64,000 nucleotides of DNA from an uncultured virus (IMG/VR IMGVR_UViG_3300045284_000132). Its lineage: Duplodnaviria; Heunggongvirae; Uroviricota; Caudoviricetes. Location of the stretch: IMG/VR virus record IMGVR_UViG_3300045284_000132, one strand, 5' to 3'. Below the pieces are notes generated by a model. It was not told where the DNA came from. It saw nothing but the letters and a program-made list of their open reading frames with translations, and did no database searches. Below are positions 10,724 to 19,417 of the stretch, piece by piece (the first letter of the stretch is position 1; each line of letters starts with the position of its first letter). The translations under genes were made by a program, and so were the position numbers.

Positions 10724-12262
10724 ATGCCCAACGACGACGTTGGCGGCACGTCGTATGAGGATGATGAGATAGATGAACACGAACGACGCGAAACCATAGT
10801 CGAGGGAATTTATCGCGAAGCGCTCGCGTCGCTCTCGCGCAGTCTCGCGCAGGCGAAAGATGAGCCGACGCGGCAACACGTGTTCGAGAATGCGGTCGAT
10901 GAAGTCATCAACAAGTGGCATGGGCTCGATCGCAGTGACGCTTTCGCCGCCTTGCAGGACATCGCTGATGCGCGTGGCTTTGATACGAATTGGACACAGA
11001 ACGTTTTTGCGGAAGCGGTCGCGCGAGAGCCGCAGCCCAAGCCGAACGGCAACGGTCACGCTCAGCACGCCTACGGCGATGCCGAGTATCCGCCCCACAC
11101 TGACACGCCGAAAACCGGGCCGATAGATGCGACGCTATATGTCCTGCCCGATCCTCTTTCGATTCCGCCGCGCCCTTGGCTTTACGAACGGCATTATATT
11201 CGCGGCTCAGTTACTAGTACGGTTGCGCCCGGAGGATTTGGTAAAACCAGTCTCGGATTGTTTGAAGCGATCAACATGGCGAAGCGTGGGTTGGCGATCT
11301 GGTACATCAGTGGCGAAGACGATCGCGTTGAGCTTGATCGGAGAATAGCGGCGTTTCAGGAATTATATCCCGAGGATTTTCCAACCCGATTTTTCTTAGA
11401 CGACAAAATGACGTTCCCTTTCAAAATTGCGCGTCAATCAAATAAGAGCGGGCCAGTATTTGATGAGGAGCGCATGCGCAATTTCGAAGGAATCATCGCA
11501 GCGCGTGAGCTTGATGTGGTGATGCTCGATCCGTTCATATCATTTCACTATTTGAGCGAGAGCGACACGACAGCGATGGACGTGTTGATCAAACGGTTAG
11601 GTGAAATTTGTTTTAGACGCCAATGTTGCATCGAGCTAAGCCATCACGTGCGCAAGCCAAATACCAATCAAACTGAAATCACGGTGTATGATGCACGTGG
11701 CGCTGGCGCGATCGTCAACGCTGTGCGCTCCTGCCGGGTGATCAATCAAATGAGCATAGTCGAAGCTGCCGCGTGCGCGATCGATCTTGATAAGCGTAGT
11801 CGCTACATTCGTGTTGACAGTGGCAAGCGCAACATGGCTCCAAGCGAACGGGCAAAATGGTATCGACTTTCATCTATTGAGATTGCGAATGGCGACAACG
11901 TTCAAGCAATCGAAGCGTGGGAATTCAAACCACAAACTCCGACTGACGCAGACACGGAATGGCTGAAGGTGATCCTGACGGCTCGCGAATACGCCGCCGA
12001 TCCGCGCTCTGATGAGTGGATCGGTATTCCGATCTGTGAGCATTTTGGTCGAGCGCTTGGCGAAACGAAAGATGAAAAACGGGCGTCGGCTATATTCGTC
12101 AACAAACAACTAAGAAAGTGGATGGACGATCATTTGATTGAAAAGCAGTCGCGCTATAACGCCGAGACGCGCAAGGATCGTACCTATATCGTGCTGAAAA
12201 ACAAGCCTACGTTTACAACAACGACGCAGGCAACAACAGAATCGGAGGCGGCAGATGATTGA
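10724..12262 (+). CDS. AAA_25 / RepA-like replicative helicase (RecA-like ATPase)
   Basis: Walker A APGGFGKTS, ISGEDD, Walker B VMLDP, HHVRK, ARGAGAIVNAVRS. Confidence 0.85.
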   Translation: MPNDDVGGTSYEDDEIDEHERRETIVEGIYREALASLSRSLAQAKDEPTRQHVFENAVDEVINKWHGLDRSDAFAALQDIADARGFDTNWTQNVFAEAVAREPQPKPNGNGHAQHAYGDAEYPPHTDTPKTGPIDATLYVLPDPLSIPPRPWLYERHYIRGSVTSTVAPGGFGKTSLGLFEAINMAKRGLAIWYISGEDDRVELDRRIAAFQELYPEDFPTRFFLDDKMTFPFKIARQSNKSGPVFDEERMRNFEGIIAARELDVVMLDPFISFHYLSESDTTAMDVLIKRLGEICFRRQCCIELSHHVRKPNTNQTEITVYDARGAGAIVNAVRSCRVINQMSIVEAAACAIDLDKRSRYIRVDSGKRNMAPSERAKWYRLSSIEIANGDNVQAIEAWEFKPQTPTDADTEWLKVILTAREYAADPRSDEWIGIPICEHFGRALGETKDEKRASAIFVNKQLRKWMDDHLIEKQSRYNAETRKDRTYIVLKNKPTFTTTTQATTESEAADD

Positions 12263-13166
12263 AGCATTCATTCCGTTTGGTGTCAGCAAAACGGGACGAA
12301 TAGTGACTGTGCAGGAAGTCGAGCGTGGCCGACAATGCGAGTGCACGTGTCCAGCGTGCAACAAGGCGTTAATCGCCTGTCAGGGCGACATCGTCACGTA
12401 TTATTTTAGGCATGATGTCGAGGATCGGCGCTGCATAGCCGCGCGCGAAACCGGTATTCATCGCTTCGCCAAGCAAGTGATCTGCGAGACGTTGTTGCTG
12501 CAATGTCCGGGTGACATTGCTTATCGGAAATTATCCACAGCAATCCCTGAGATGCAATTGAGCGACACGCGCCCGGATGTCATGGCGACGACTGATGATG
12601 GAGAGCAAATCGCGATCGAGATATGGGTCGCGCACAAAGTCCCTACTAGCAAGATCGAGCGTTTTATTCGTGATCAGCAAGTCAGTATGGAAATCGATCT
12701 GCGATTGCATCGACTGGTGCCGGTCGAAAATGTTGAGCAATGGCGCGAGATTGTATTGGCATCAGCGCCGCGTGAGTGGTTATTCCCTGACAAAGCAACG
12801 CGCGAGTTACAGGCACAACGTCGCGCAGCGCATATTCAGCAACTCAAAGAAAAATACGAACAGGCAGTGGAGCGTGTGCGCGAAGCCGATCGCAGACAAT
12901 CCACTAGCCTGCCGCTTTTCATCAATCACGCGAAGGAAATCCTTGCTGAGTTGGAAAAATACGAAGCTGTGAATGATGAGCAACGACTGGCGCTCGATCG
13001 CGCGCATCGTTTCGCGATGGGCTGGCCGCCTGATCTGCAAGCCTTGGTCGCGGCGTTCGGCGGCTATCACAGGATCACAGACGAGGCGTGGGGCGAATGG
13101 GACCTCCGCAGTGCCGCCTATCAGTCATCGATTCGAAGTGGCGAGCGATGGCAGCGACACGCTTAA
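12255..13166 (+). CDS. CoiA-like zinc-finger / PD-(D/E)XK nuclease
   Basis: CECTCPAC...YFRH, ETGIHRFAK, RPDV...IAIEIWVAH. Confidence 0.7.
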   Translation: MIEAFIPFGVSKTGRIVTVQEVERGRQCECTCPACNKALIACQGDIVTYYFRHDVEDRRCIAARETGIHRFAKQVICETLLLQCPGDIAYRKLSTAIPEMQLSDTRPDVMATTDDGEQIAIEIWVAHKVPTSKIERFIRDQQVSMEIDLRLHRLVPVENVEQWREIVLASAPREWLFPDKATRELQAQRRAAHIQQLKEKYEQAVERVREADRRQSTSLPLFINHAKEILAELEKYEAVNDEQRLALDRAHRFAMGWPPDLQALVAAFGGYHRITDEAWGEWDLRSAAYQSSIRSGERWQRHA

Positions 13167-13224
13167 TACGGGAATGCGCCAATGACATCTACTGTTCTTA
13201 TATACTTCCTTTCCTTGCTCGACT

Positions 13225-13394
13225 TCGGCGCAAGTTGGCGCAGAGTTGGCGCAGATCGGGCGCGCGAGATGTGTTCTGCGCCAAAATCACACTGGTATGA
13301 GCCCCCCTTACGGGGGGCTTATTACCATCCCAGTGTACTTTGGCGCAAAACTAGAACCACATCGCAGCGCTATCTCGGCGCAAAACTTGGCGCA
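13225..13394. repeat. Iteron-like T(T/C)GGCGCA repeats around a GC-rich palindrome; candidate replication origin
   Basis: 7 copies (13225, 13235, 13246, inverted 13277, 13340, 13375, 13387) flanking AGCCCCCC-TTAC-GGGGGGCT (13300-13319). Confidence 0.65.
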
Positions 13395-13766
13395 GGCTCC
13401 GACAGGGCGTCGAAAGCAAACAAGGAAAAATCCGGGGAACGAAAAGCCCGCAGCTTGACAACGAAACAAAATCGCGGCTGACTGACGCGCCTGCCCGTTG
13501 TGGAGAGCTACGCCCAAAATGCTCGAAACGATCCAAGCATCACCACGGGCTGCGGTCTACAAGTTGGGCAATGTCGTCTTCGAAATTATCCCGCGACATC
13601 GAAAGAAACTCCAAGGCGAGTGGCAAACGATCATGATCGTTGTCAACATTCGTGACACGTTTTGTCTCGGATGGAATTATCTGCAAGTCGCAAACTCGCA
13701 CGACTACAACAGGCTCAAACAAAATTATCCTGAGTTGTTGAGCGTGTTGCCCGATCTGCTACCACA

Positions 13767-14054
13767 ATGCCCGATCTGGAAAAACTCAAGGAGCTTCGTG
13801 CTATGACGGCCCAGCAATTTCAGCAAGCCAAAGCCACGATCCAACAGATCAAGGCGGCACTCGATCAAGACCCGAACGAAGTTGATGCCGACAAGATCAA
13901 GGAATTGATCAAACAACTCGAACAAAATCTTCAACAACTCGAACAAGGCGCGCAGTCACAGGCACAGGGTCAACCCGCACCGCATCCGGGCGCACCATCA
14001 CAGCCGCAAGCACCATCATCGGGTCCGCAACCGGGAACACGCACCACGCGCTGA
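13767..14054 (+). CDS. Hypothetical Q-rich coiled-coil protein
   Basis: ORF tiling directly upstream of 14056. Confidence 0.5.
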   Translation: MPDLEKLKELRAMTAQQFQQAKATIQQIKAALDQDPNEVDADKIKELIKQLEQNLQQLEQGAQSQAQGQPAPHPGAPSQPQAPSSGPQPGTRTTR

Positions 14055-14055
14055 G

Positions 14056-14676
14056 ATGCCCGATCGCCAAGTCACCGTTGATTTCAACATCAAGGATTTC
14101 ATCGCGGCTGCTGAGCGTATCGAAGGTGCCACTCAAGTCCTGCCCTACGTCATCGCAAACTTGTTGAACGACGGCGCTTTCAAAACGCGCCAAGTCCTTG
14201 TGCAAGATACGTGGCCCACTCACGTAAACGCCAGAAATAAAAACTTCATCAGCGCTGCGCTTCGAGTTGAGAAAGCAAACAAGAATAATCTCGAAGTGAA
14301 AATCTATGATCAGTTAGATCGTGGGCATCTAAAGAAACACGCAGAGGGTGGTACTAAACAAGCACGTGGGAACAACATCGCAATCCCTGATGAAGCAAAC
14401 GTTCGAAAAGGTGCAGGCGGCGTTTATAAATCACAACTGCCAAGCAGCATCATAGCGCGCACACCTAAGCGAGCACTGCGTATAACAACACATGGCATAT
14501 TTGTTGGTCGTGGTGGTCGTCTAGTGCGCATGTACTCACTAAAGCCGACAGTAGAAATAAAAGCCGATGTGCCGTTCTACAAAGACTTCCAGTATGTCAT
14601 GTTGAATGCTGTTCGCACTGGCTTTGCTGATGCAGTGGCATTCTCCTTGCGCAGACAAGCAGAGAGAAACAAATAA
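14056..14676 (+). CDS. Conserved phage protein, possibly virion morphogenesis
   Basis: 206-aa basic protein just before the packaging-site region. Confidence 0.55.
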   Translation: MPDRQVTVDFNIKDFIAAAERIEGATQVLPYVIANLLNDGAFKTRQVLVQDTWPTHVNARNKNFISAALRVEKANKNNLEVKIYDQLDRGHLKKHAEGGTKQARGNNIAIPDEANVRKGAGGVYKSQLPSSIIARTPKRALRITTHGIFVGRGGRLVRMYSLKPTVEIKADVPFYKDFQYVMLNAVRTGFADAVAFSLRRQAERNK

Positions 14677-14685
14677 CATCCTTCC

Positions 14686-15030
14686 TACTTGTTGATAGGC
14701 CAGCTATCCACCCTATGCCCCTGACGCGTTCGTGTTGATATGCTACTTGTTGATCAAACAAACTATTTGATCCATCCCCCCTCCCACTTGGGACCTAGTG
14801 CTTGATGCCATGTTGTGCTAGTTGTTGTTGATGTGAGTTGTTGTTGATGCGCCAGTTGTTGATAGCCAGTTGTTGATGCGCTCTGCCAGTTGTTGATGCG
14901 CCAGTTGTTGTTGATCGTCCAGTTGTTGTTGTTGCTCCCACTCCTTGATCCCAGTTGTTGTTGTTGATGCTAAGATGGGGTCCTGTGTGGGGCGATCAAC
15001 AACAAGTACCCCACCCCAGTTGTTGATAGG
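14686..15030 (+). repeat. Array of about 11 (CC)AGTTGTT(GTT)GAT motifs
   Basis: Directly visible, e.g. 14820, 14836, 14852, 14866, 14886, 14901, 14919, 14951, 15016; one inverted copy near 14995. Confidence 0.9.
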
Positions 15031-15044
15031 AAAAAACACAGGAG

Positions 15045-15108
15045 GGGTCCTGCTGTCACAATCAAGGAAAGCGCTCATGCGCGAGCCCGATGTTTGAAAA
15101 TATTCCCG
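15045..15108 (+). other. Candidate cos (packaging) site
   Basis: GGGTCCT (lambda cosQ sequence) at 15045-15051, then a dyad GCTC-ATGCGC-GAGC and TTTGAAAATATTCCCG; the phage has a lambda GpA-type terminase. Confidence 0.5.
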
Positions 15109-15272
15109 TGTCGCGGATTGCATGTCTGCTCAGAGTAGGCCAATACTCCCCATCGTGCGAAGCGCTGGGAAGCTCGCTGGCGCGCTGCAGGTTCGAGCTT
15201 GATCGATCGAGCACGCGTCGAGTTAGGGCGCACTAGATCGCGCCATAATCGAATTGGGATGACATCGCACCG

Positions 15273-15899
15273 ATGACGGACACAGCCACAGCAGGGTTTC
15301 CCGACGTTTCGAAAGCTGAGCGCGAGCACGGCAAAAAGAGCAAGGGCGGGATAGACTTTCTCGCTGAGCATGTCGAACGCTGGCCGATCAGGAAGTTGTT
15401 TGCGAACAAGCGCAACGCGAAGCGGCATTCGCACGAACAGATTGCGCAGATCGCAGCCTCGATCAAGCAGTGGGGCTGGACGATGCCGATCCTTGTGAGT
15501 GACAGCGGCGAGATACAAGCTGGCGAGGGACGCTGGCTTGCGGCGAAGTCGCTCGACATCGAAGACGTGCCGGTGATTGTCGCGCGCGGCTGGTCGAGGA
15601 ATAAACGGCGGGCATACATGCTCGCGGACAATCGGATCGCCGAGAATGGTTCGTGGGACAAGGACGTGCTCGCGATCGAGCTTGGCGATCTGCGTGCCAG
15701 CGGGTTTGATGTGACGCTGACGGGTTTCAGTCAAAAGCAAATTGAAAATCTATTGCCGAAAGACGAAGCGGATGGCGACGGGTTGCAGTTGGGCGAGAAG
15801 TTTCAGATCATCGTCATCTGCGAGAATGAACAACAACAGCGTCAACTATTAGACAAGCTGCACAAGGACGGCGTCGAATGTCGGGCGCTAGTTGCATAA
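15273..15899 (+). CDS. ParB-like domain protein of the type linked to phage DNA-modification genes
   Basis: NAKRHSHEQIAQIAASIKQWGWTMPILV...IQAGEGRWLAAK...LADNRIAENGSWD. Confidence 0.88.
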   Translation: MTDTATAGFPDVSKAEREHGKKSKGGIDFLAEHVERWPIRKLFANKRNAKRHSHEQIAQIAASIKQWGWTMPILVSDSGEIQAGEGRWLAAKSLDIEDVPVIVARGWSRNKRRAYMLADNRIAENGSWDKDVLAIELGDLRASGFDVTLTGFSQKQIENLLPKDEADGDGLQLGEKFQIIVICENEQQQRQLLDKLHKDGVECRALVA

Positions 15900-17023
15900 A
15901 CGTAGAAATTGAAAACGAAAGTCAGATCGTCCGATCATCCCGCGTGATGCAGGTCGAGGGACTGTTTGATGTCCCACAAGCGCAGCGATCCGTCTCACGG
16001 TTCAACGTTTATCTGCCGCTACACGAAAGAGATTGGAACATCGGGCTGATCGTCGGGCCATCGGGCGCTGGCAAGAGCACGATCGCACGCAAGGCATTCC
16101 CTGAAGCATACTGCACGGGGTTCAACGATTGGCCGGAAGACGGTGCAGTTGTTGAAGCGTTTCCTGCTGAGATGTCGATCAAGGACATCACGCTGCTGCT
16201 GGCGTCCGTAGGTTTCTCATCGCCGCCTGCGTGGCTGCGACCATTCAGAACGCTGTCGAACGGCGAGCAATTCAGGGCGACGCTTGCGCGAGCGCTGGCA
16301 CAGTATCAAGAGCTTTGCGTGTTTGATGAATTCACTAGTGTTGTTGATCGCGTTGTCGGCAGGATCGGCTCATCCGCTGTTGCGAAGACAGTACGGCGGC
16401 GCGGGCAGCGCTTCATTGCGGTGACGTGTCACGACGATGTCACCGAATGGCTGGACCCGGATTGGGTTTACACGCCCGTCAGCAATTCGTTTCAATGGAG
16501 GTTACTTCGGGGTCGCCCCGCAATCGATCTTGAAATCGCCCGCGTTCACCATTCGGCGTGGAAAATATTCTATCGCCATCACTATCTGAGCCGCGATCTA
16601 AACAAAAGCGCGGCATGCTTTTGCGCTTTCATCGAGGGACGACCGGTTGCATTTCAGGCAGCGCTGCCGTTCGTCGGGCGATTGAGCACAAAGCAAAAGG
16701 CAATGCGCGGTTCTCGACTAGTAACGCTGCCCGACTATCAGGGCGTGGGCATCGGGCATCGTCTGGTCACAACGTTGGGCGGGATGTGGAAAGCACTCGG
16801 GTTGCGCGACTTCAGACCTAGCGGGCACATTGCTGAAATTGTTGCTGCTAGCAAGGACCCGAATTGGAAACTGATCCGCACGCATAGTCGCACCGCGCAT
16901 GACAGCGATAGCAGTCTATCAAGAACACGCGCATCCAATCGGCTGACGGTTTCATTCGAGTACGTCGGCCCAGCAATGGAAAAGGACAAAGCTGTTGCGC
17001 TGTTCAACTCGCGAGCTTGGTGA
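15878..17023 (+). CDS. ABC-type ATPase fused to a GNAT acetyltransferase
   Basis: GPSGAGKST, LSNGEQ, FDEFTS, VTCH; C-terminal acetyl-CoA-binding motif RLVTLPDYQGVGIG. Confidence 0.85.
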   Translation: MSGASCINVEIENESQIVRSSRVMQVEGLFDVPQAQRSVSRFNVYLPLHERDWNIGLIVGPSGAGKSTIARKAFPEAYCTGFNDWPEDGAVVEAFPAEMSIKDITLLLASVGFSSPPAWLRPFRTLSNGEQFRATLARALAQYQELCVFDEFTSVVDRVVGRIGSSAVAKTVRRRGQRFIAVTCHDDVTEWLDPDWVYTPVSNSFQWRLLRGRPAIDLEIARVHHSAWKIFYRHHYLSRDLNKSAACFCAFIEGRPVAFQAALPFVGRLSTKQKAMRGSRLVTLPDYQGVGIGHRLVTTLGGMWKALGLRDFRPSGHIAEIVAASKDPNWKLIRTHSRTAHDSDSSLSRTRASNRLTVSFEYVGPAMEKDKAVALFNSRAW

Positions 17024-17588
17024 CTTGCAAGCTGCAGGTGTCGCTGTGCTCGAATTATTCCCGCTGCCGCTGATCGGCTGCATCGTCAACGGCGCTGGTC
17101 TTGGGTTAGCAACGCTCGACATCGTGCGCCTGTACGGCGCAACGCCTGCGAATTTTCTCGATCTCGGCGGCAACGTGACGACGACGAAGGGACGCGAGGG
17201 CTACAGGATCGTCAGCAATGATCCGCGCGTGCAGGGCATACTGGTCAACGTGTTCGGCGGGATCGATCACTGCGACATCATCGCTGAGGGCGTGCTGCAG
17301 GGCGTTCGAGAATACGGTTTGCGCGTGCCGATGGTGATCCGTCTGCAGGGAACGCTAGCAGCAGAGGGACGCGCGATCGTTGAGCGCGAGAATCATCCCG
17401 GCATTCTCGCGCTTGATGATCTTGATGAAGCAGCGCAAGCGATCGTGCACGCTGTGCAGATGTGTGAGAGCTTTCCGCCCGCAAAGCGGAGAGTGGTGGG
17501 GACGGCAAGTATGCCGGACAGGCGAGCTTGCCCGCCCCTTGGAGTCTCGGCGGTTCGTGCTGACGCGTCCGCCGAGACTACCAAGTAA
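16995..17588 (+). CDS. sucC: Stand-alone C-terminal CoA-ligase domain of succinyl-CoA synthetase beta subunit (no ATP-grasp domain)
   Basis: IGCIVNGAGLGLATLD, PANFLDLGG, ILVNVFGGI..CDIIAEG, VPMVIRLQGT match the SucC C-terminal domain. Confidence 0.85.
   Translation: MRCSTRELGDLQAAGVAVLELFPLPLIGCIVNGAGLGLATLDIVRLYGATPANFLDLGGNVTTTKGREGYRIVSNDPRVQGILVNVFGGIDHCDIIAEGVLQGVREYGLRVPMVIRLQGTLAAEGRAIVERENHPGILALDDLDEAAQAIVHAVQMCESFPPAKRRVVGTASMPDRRACPPLGVSAVRADASAETTK
17545..17579. terminator. Hairpin between convergent transcription units
   Basis: GTCTCGGCGG...CCGCCGAGAC. Confidence 0.4.
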
Positions 17589-17597
17589 CAAACAAAT

Positions 17598-18200
17598 TCA
17601 TCTCCGCTTCAGTATCTCGGACGGTTTCAAATCTAGCATGCCGCGCAGAACGCCAAGTGCGAGATTGAATTCCTGTTGTTTCATTGGCAGAAGTCCTTGC
17701 TCTCCGCGCGTCTCGGCGACGCGTAAAAAGTTTAGAATTTGCCGACGATCTTCCGATTGCGGTTGATTCCAAGTATAGAAATCAGCCATCGTTTCTCTCC
17801 TTTGTCCGATTGAACAAGATGGCGATGCGCTCGGGAACAACGACGCTGTCGTTGCACTTGCGACAGCATCGCCCGTTGTTGATCGGCTGCGCGTTGTGCC
17901 CGCCTGCCCAACCGGTTTCTGGTTCCGTCTCGATCGGCTGTTTGCAGATGCTGCAGATCAGTTGCTTGCGCTTCATTTTCCGTTTCCGTTTTGTGAGAGG
18001 CGTTTGCGCCCTTTGTCGTTAATCCAATAGCGCGTGACTTTGAAGCGCAGCGCGTTACAGCCGCAGTCCTGTTCCGCGATGCGCACTAAGTGTTGTTGTT
18101 CGAGCATCATGATTTCGGCGTCGCGAATGCCGTTGACTTTGAGCGCGTGATAGGTCGCCCCATCGGGACAGCCTGCCAGTATCGTGAGAGCTTTGTGCAC
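17598..18200 (-). other. Three short coupled hypothetical genes (about 17598-17790; 17782-17976 with CxxC motifs; 17973-18200)
   Basis: Overlapping starts and stops; CSIC...CCRKC. Confidence 0.55.
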
Positions 18201-18481
18201 TATCGCCTCCCGCCGCCGTAGGTCGAGCCGGTCGAACCGGTGCGAGAGCCGCCCGCGTCATAGAAGTTGCGCCCGCCGCTGCCGGTCGGCGACGACGTGC
18301 CGGTCGAGTTGCCGCGCGAGTCGTAGTAGCGCGTGTTGCCTTGGCTGTCGGTCGCTGCAGTGCCGACGTGATTGCCGCGCGAGTCGTAGAATGGTCGATC
18401 AGTCGTCTGCGCATGCGCGCACGACAGCGCGACTGCAACAGCCATGACGGCAACAATGCCGCCAGTCAGAACGTACTTCAT
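18200..18481 (-). CDS. Small secreted protein with YDxxGxxxG repeats
   Basis: Signal peptide MKYVLTGGIVAVMAVAVALSCAHA; repeats FYDSRGNHVGT / YYDSRGNSTGT / FYDAGGSRTGS; SD GGAG. Confidence 0.7.
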   Translation of the reverse strand: MKYVLTGGIVAVMAVAVALSCAHAQTTDRPFYDSRGNHVGTAATDSQGNTRYYDSRGNSTGTSSPTGSGGRNFYDAGGSRTGSTGSTYGGGRR

Positions 18482-18562
18482 GATTGTTTCTCCGCTATTC
18501 GTGCACGATTGCACGCGCATGTGCCGCGCCGCTGTGACGGCTGACACATGGACTTGCAATCA
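18482..18562 (-). promoter_or_regulatory. Degenerate structured leader (long stem plus alternative hairpin; lacks the CUUGCA hairpin)
   Basis: UGAUUGCA..CAUGUGUC...GGCACAUG..UGCAAUC starting at the upstream stop codon; alternative hairpin CGUGCA-AUCG-UGCACG. Confidence 0.5.
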
Positions 18563-18826
18563 ACGAACGATGCGCAGGCGCGGCTTAGATTTGCCTTGCA
18601 ATCGCTGCAGCGCTCGACGCGCCGCTTGCTCTGCCGTTTCGCGATGCGGCTTTGTCAGCGCTTCGGGATCGCGCGTCAGCCGATCGCCAGTCGCCGCGTT
18701 GCCGTTGGCTGTGACAAATCGCGGCGTCAGTCTGATGTTGCGACACTTGTGATGCGGCGGGCGCGCGTTCGGATCGTGCCACCAATTGCCGGTGCGAGGC
18801 ATAGTTTGCTTGCTGGTTAGTTTCAT
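18560..18826 (-). CDS. Hypothetical basic protein
   Basis: ATG follows the conserved leader (GGAGCCUAGCUAUG). Confidence 0.7.
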   Translation of the reverse strand: MKLTSKQTMPRTGNWWHDPNARPPHHKCRNIRLTPRFVTANGNAATGDRLTRDPEALTKPHRETAEQAARRALQRLQGKSKPRLRIVR

Positions 18827-18918
18827 AGCTAGGCTCCGTGGTTCAAAGGCTCGATGCAAGTCGAGCAGTCAGCTTATACCACGATCAAGGCAAACTTGAA
18901 AAGCGATATAAGGCTGAC
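18827..18918 (-). promoter_or_regulatory. Conserved structured leader, copy 7 (hairpin and SD core; upstream stem differs)
   Basis: GCUCGA-CUUGCA-UCGAGC...ACGGAGCCUAGCU-AUG. Confidence 0.8.
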
Positions 18919-18974
18919 AGCGACGCGCTCAGCTTTACGCTAAGCTAACACGCACGTGCAGGACTTTTGATTGC

Positions 18975-19004
18975 TTGCTTGTCGCCGCGATCGGGTGTTA
19001 GAAC
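18975..19004 (+). promoter_or_regulatory. Putative sigma70-type promoter for the antisense sRNA
   Basis: TTGCTT (18975-80), 18-nt spacer, TAGAAC (18999-19004) preceded by TGn (extended -10). Confidence 0.5.
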
Positions 19005-19010
19005 CTGATC

Positions 19011-19140
19011 AGTCGCTCGATGCGCTAGGCTCCTATCGTGCACAAAGCGTCGAGCAATTAGAGCGGGAAGTATTCATGCAAGTGCTTCGCCCGTTCCCAT
19101 AAAAAAGGGGCGGCTCTCGCGAGAGAGTCGCCCCTTGGTG
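19011..19140 (+). ncRNA. Putative trans-acting antisense sRNA complementary to the repeated leaders
   Basis: Three hairpins with G-U pairs that form only on the + strand; UAGGCUCCU (19026-34) and AUGCAAGU (19076-83) complement the leader SD and loop; last hairpin has a GCGA tetraloop. Confidence 0.7.
19101..19136. terminator. Intrinsic terminator, probably bidirectional
   Basis: AAAAAA-GGGGCGGCTCTC-GCGA-GAGAGTCGCCCC-TT; U6 tail on the minus strand. Confidence 0.85.
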
Positions 19141-19189
19141 CTTGGTGCAAGATCATCGTGATCTGATCAAGAAGTGTATCAACAACAAC

Positions 19190-19417
19190 TTAGTGCAGCG
19201 ACGAGCTTTGATGCATGCGATAGAACGCGAGATTGCTTGCGCGTTCCTTGGCGTCTTTTGCCCATCGACAGTTTCCCGGTTCGAACGAACGTCGATCGGG
19301 ATCGAGCATCGTGATCCAACTGAGCGCGTGCCAATCGGACTCTGTCATCGGCTCTGCGCCTTTCGTAAACTTCATCATCGCTTCGTATGCTTTGCGTCCG
19401 TCTGATCGTTTCATCAC
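19190..19417 (-). CDS. Short degenerate HNH-like protein
   Basis: ITMLDPDRRSFEPGNCRWA resembles the HNH C-terminal motif; ATGA-coupled to the ASCH gene. Confidence 0.5.
   Translation of the reverse strand: MMKRSDGRKAYEAMMKFTKGAEPMTESDWHALSWITMLDPDRRSFEPGNCRWAKDAKERASNLAFYRMHQSSSLH

Noticed and set aside
14818..15123. Minus-strand Q/N/T-rich ORF
   Set aside because: Its composition is simply the translation of the GTTGTTGAT DNA array.
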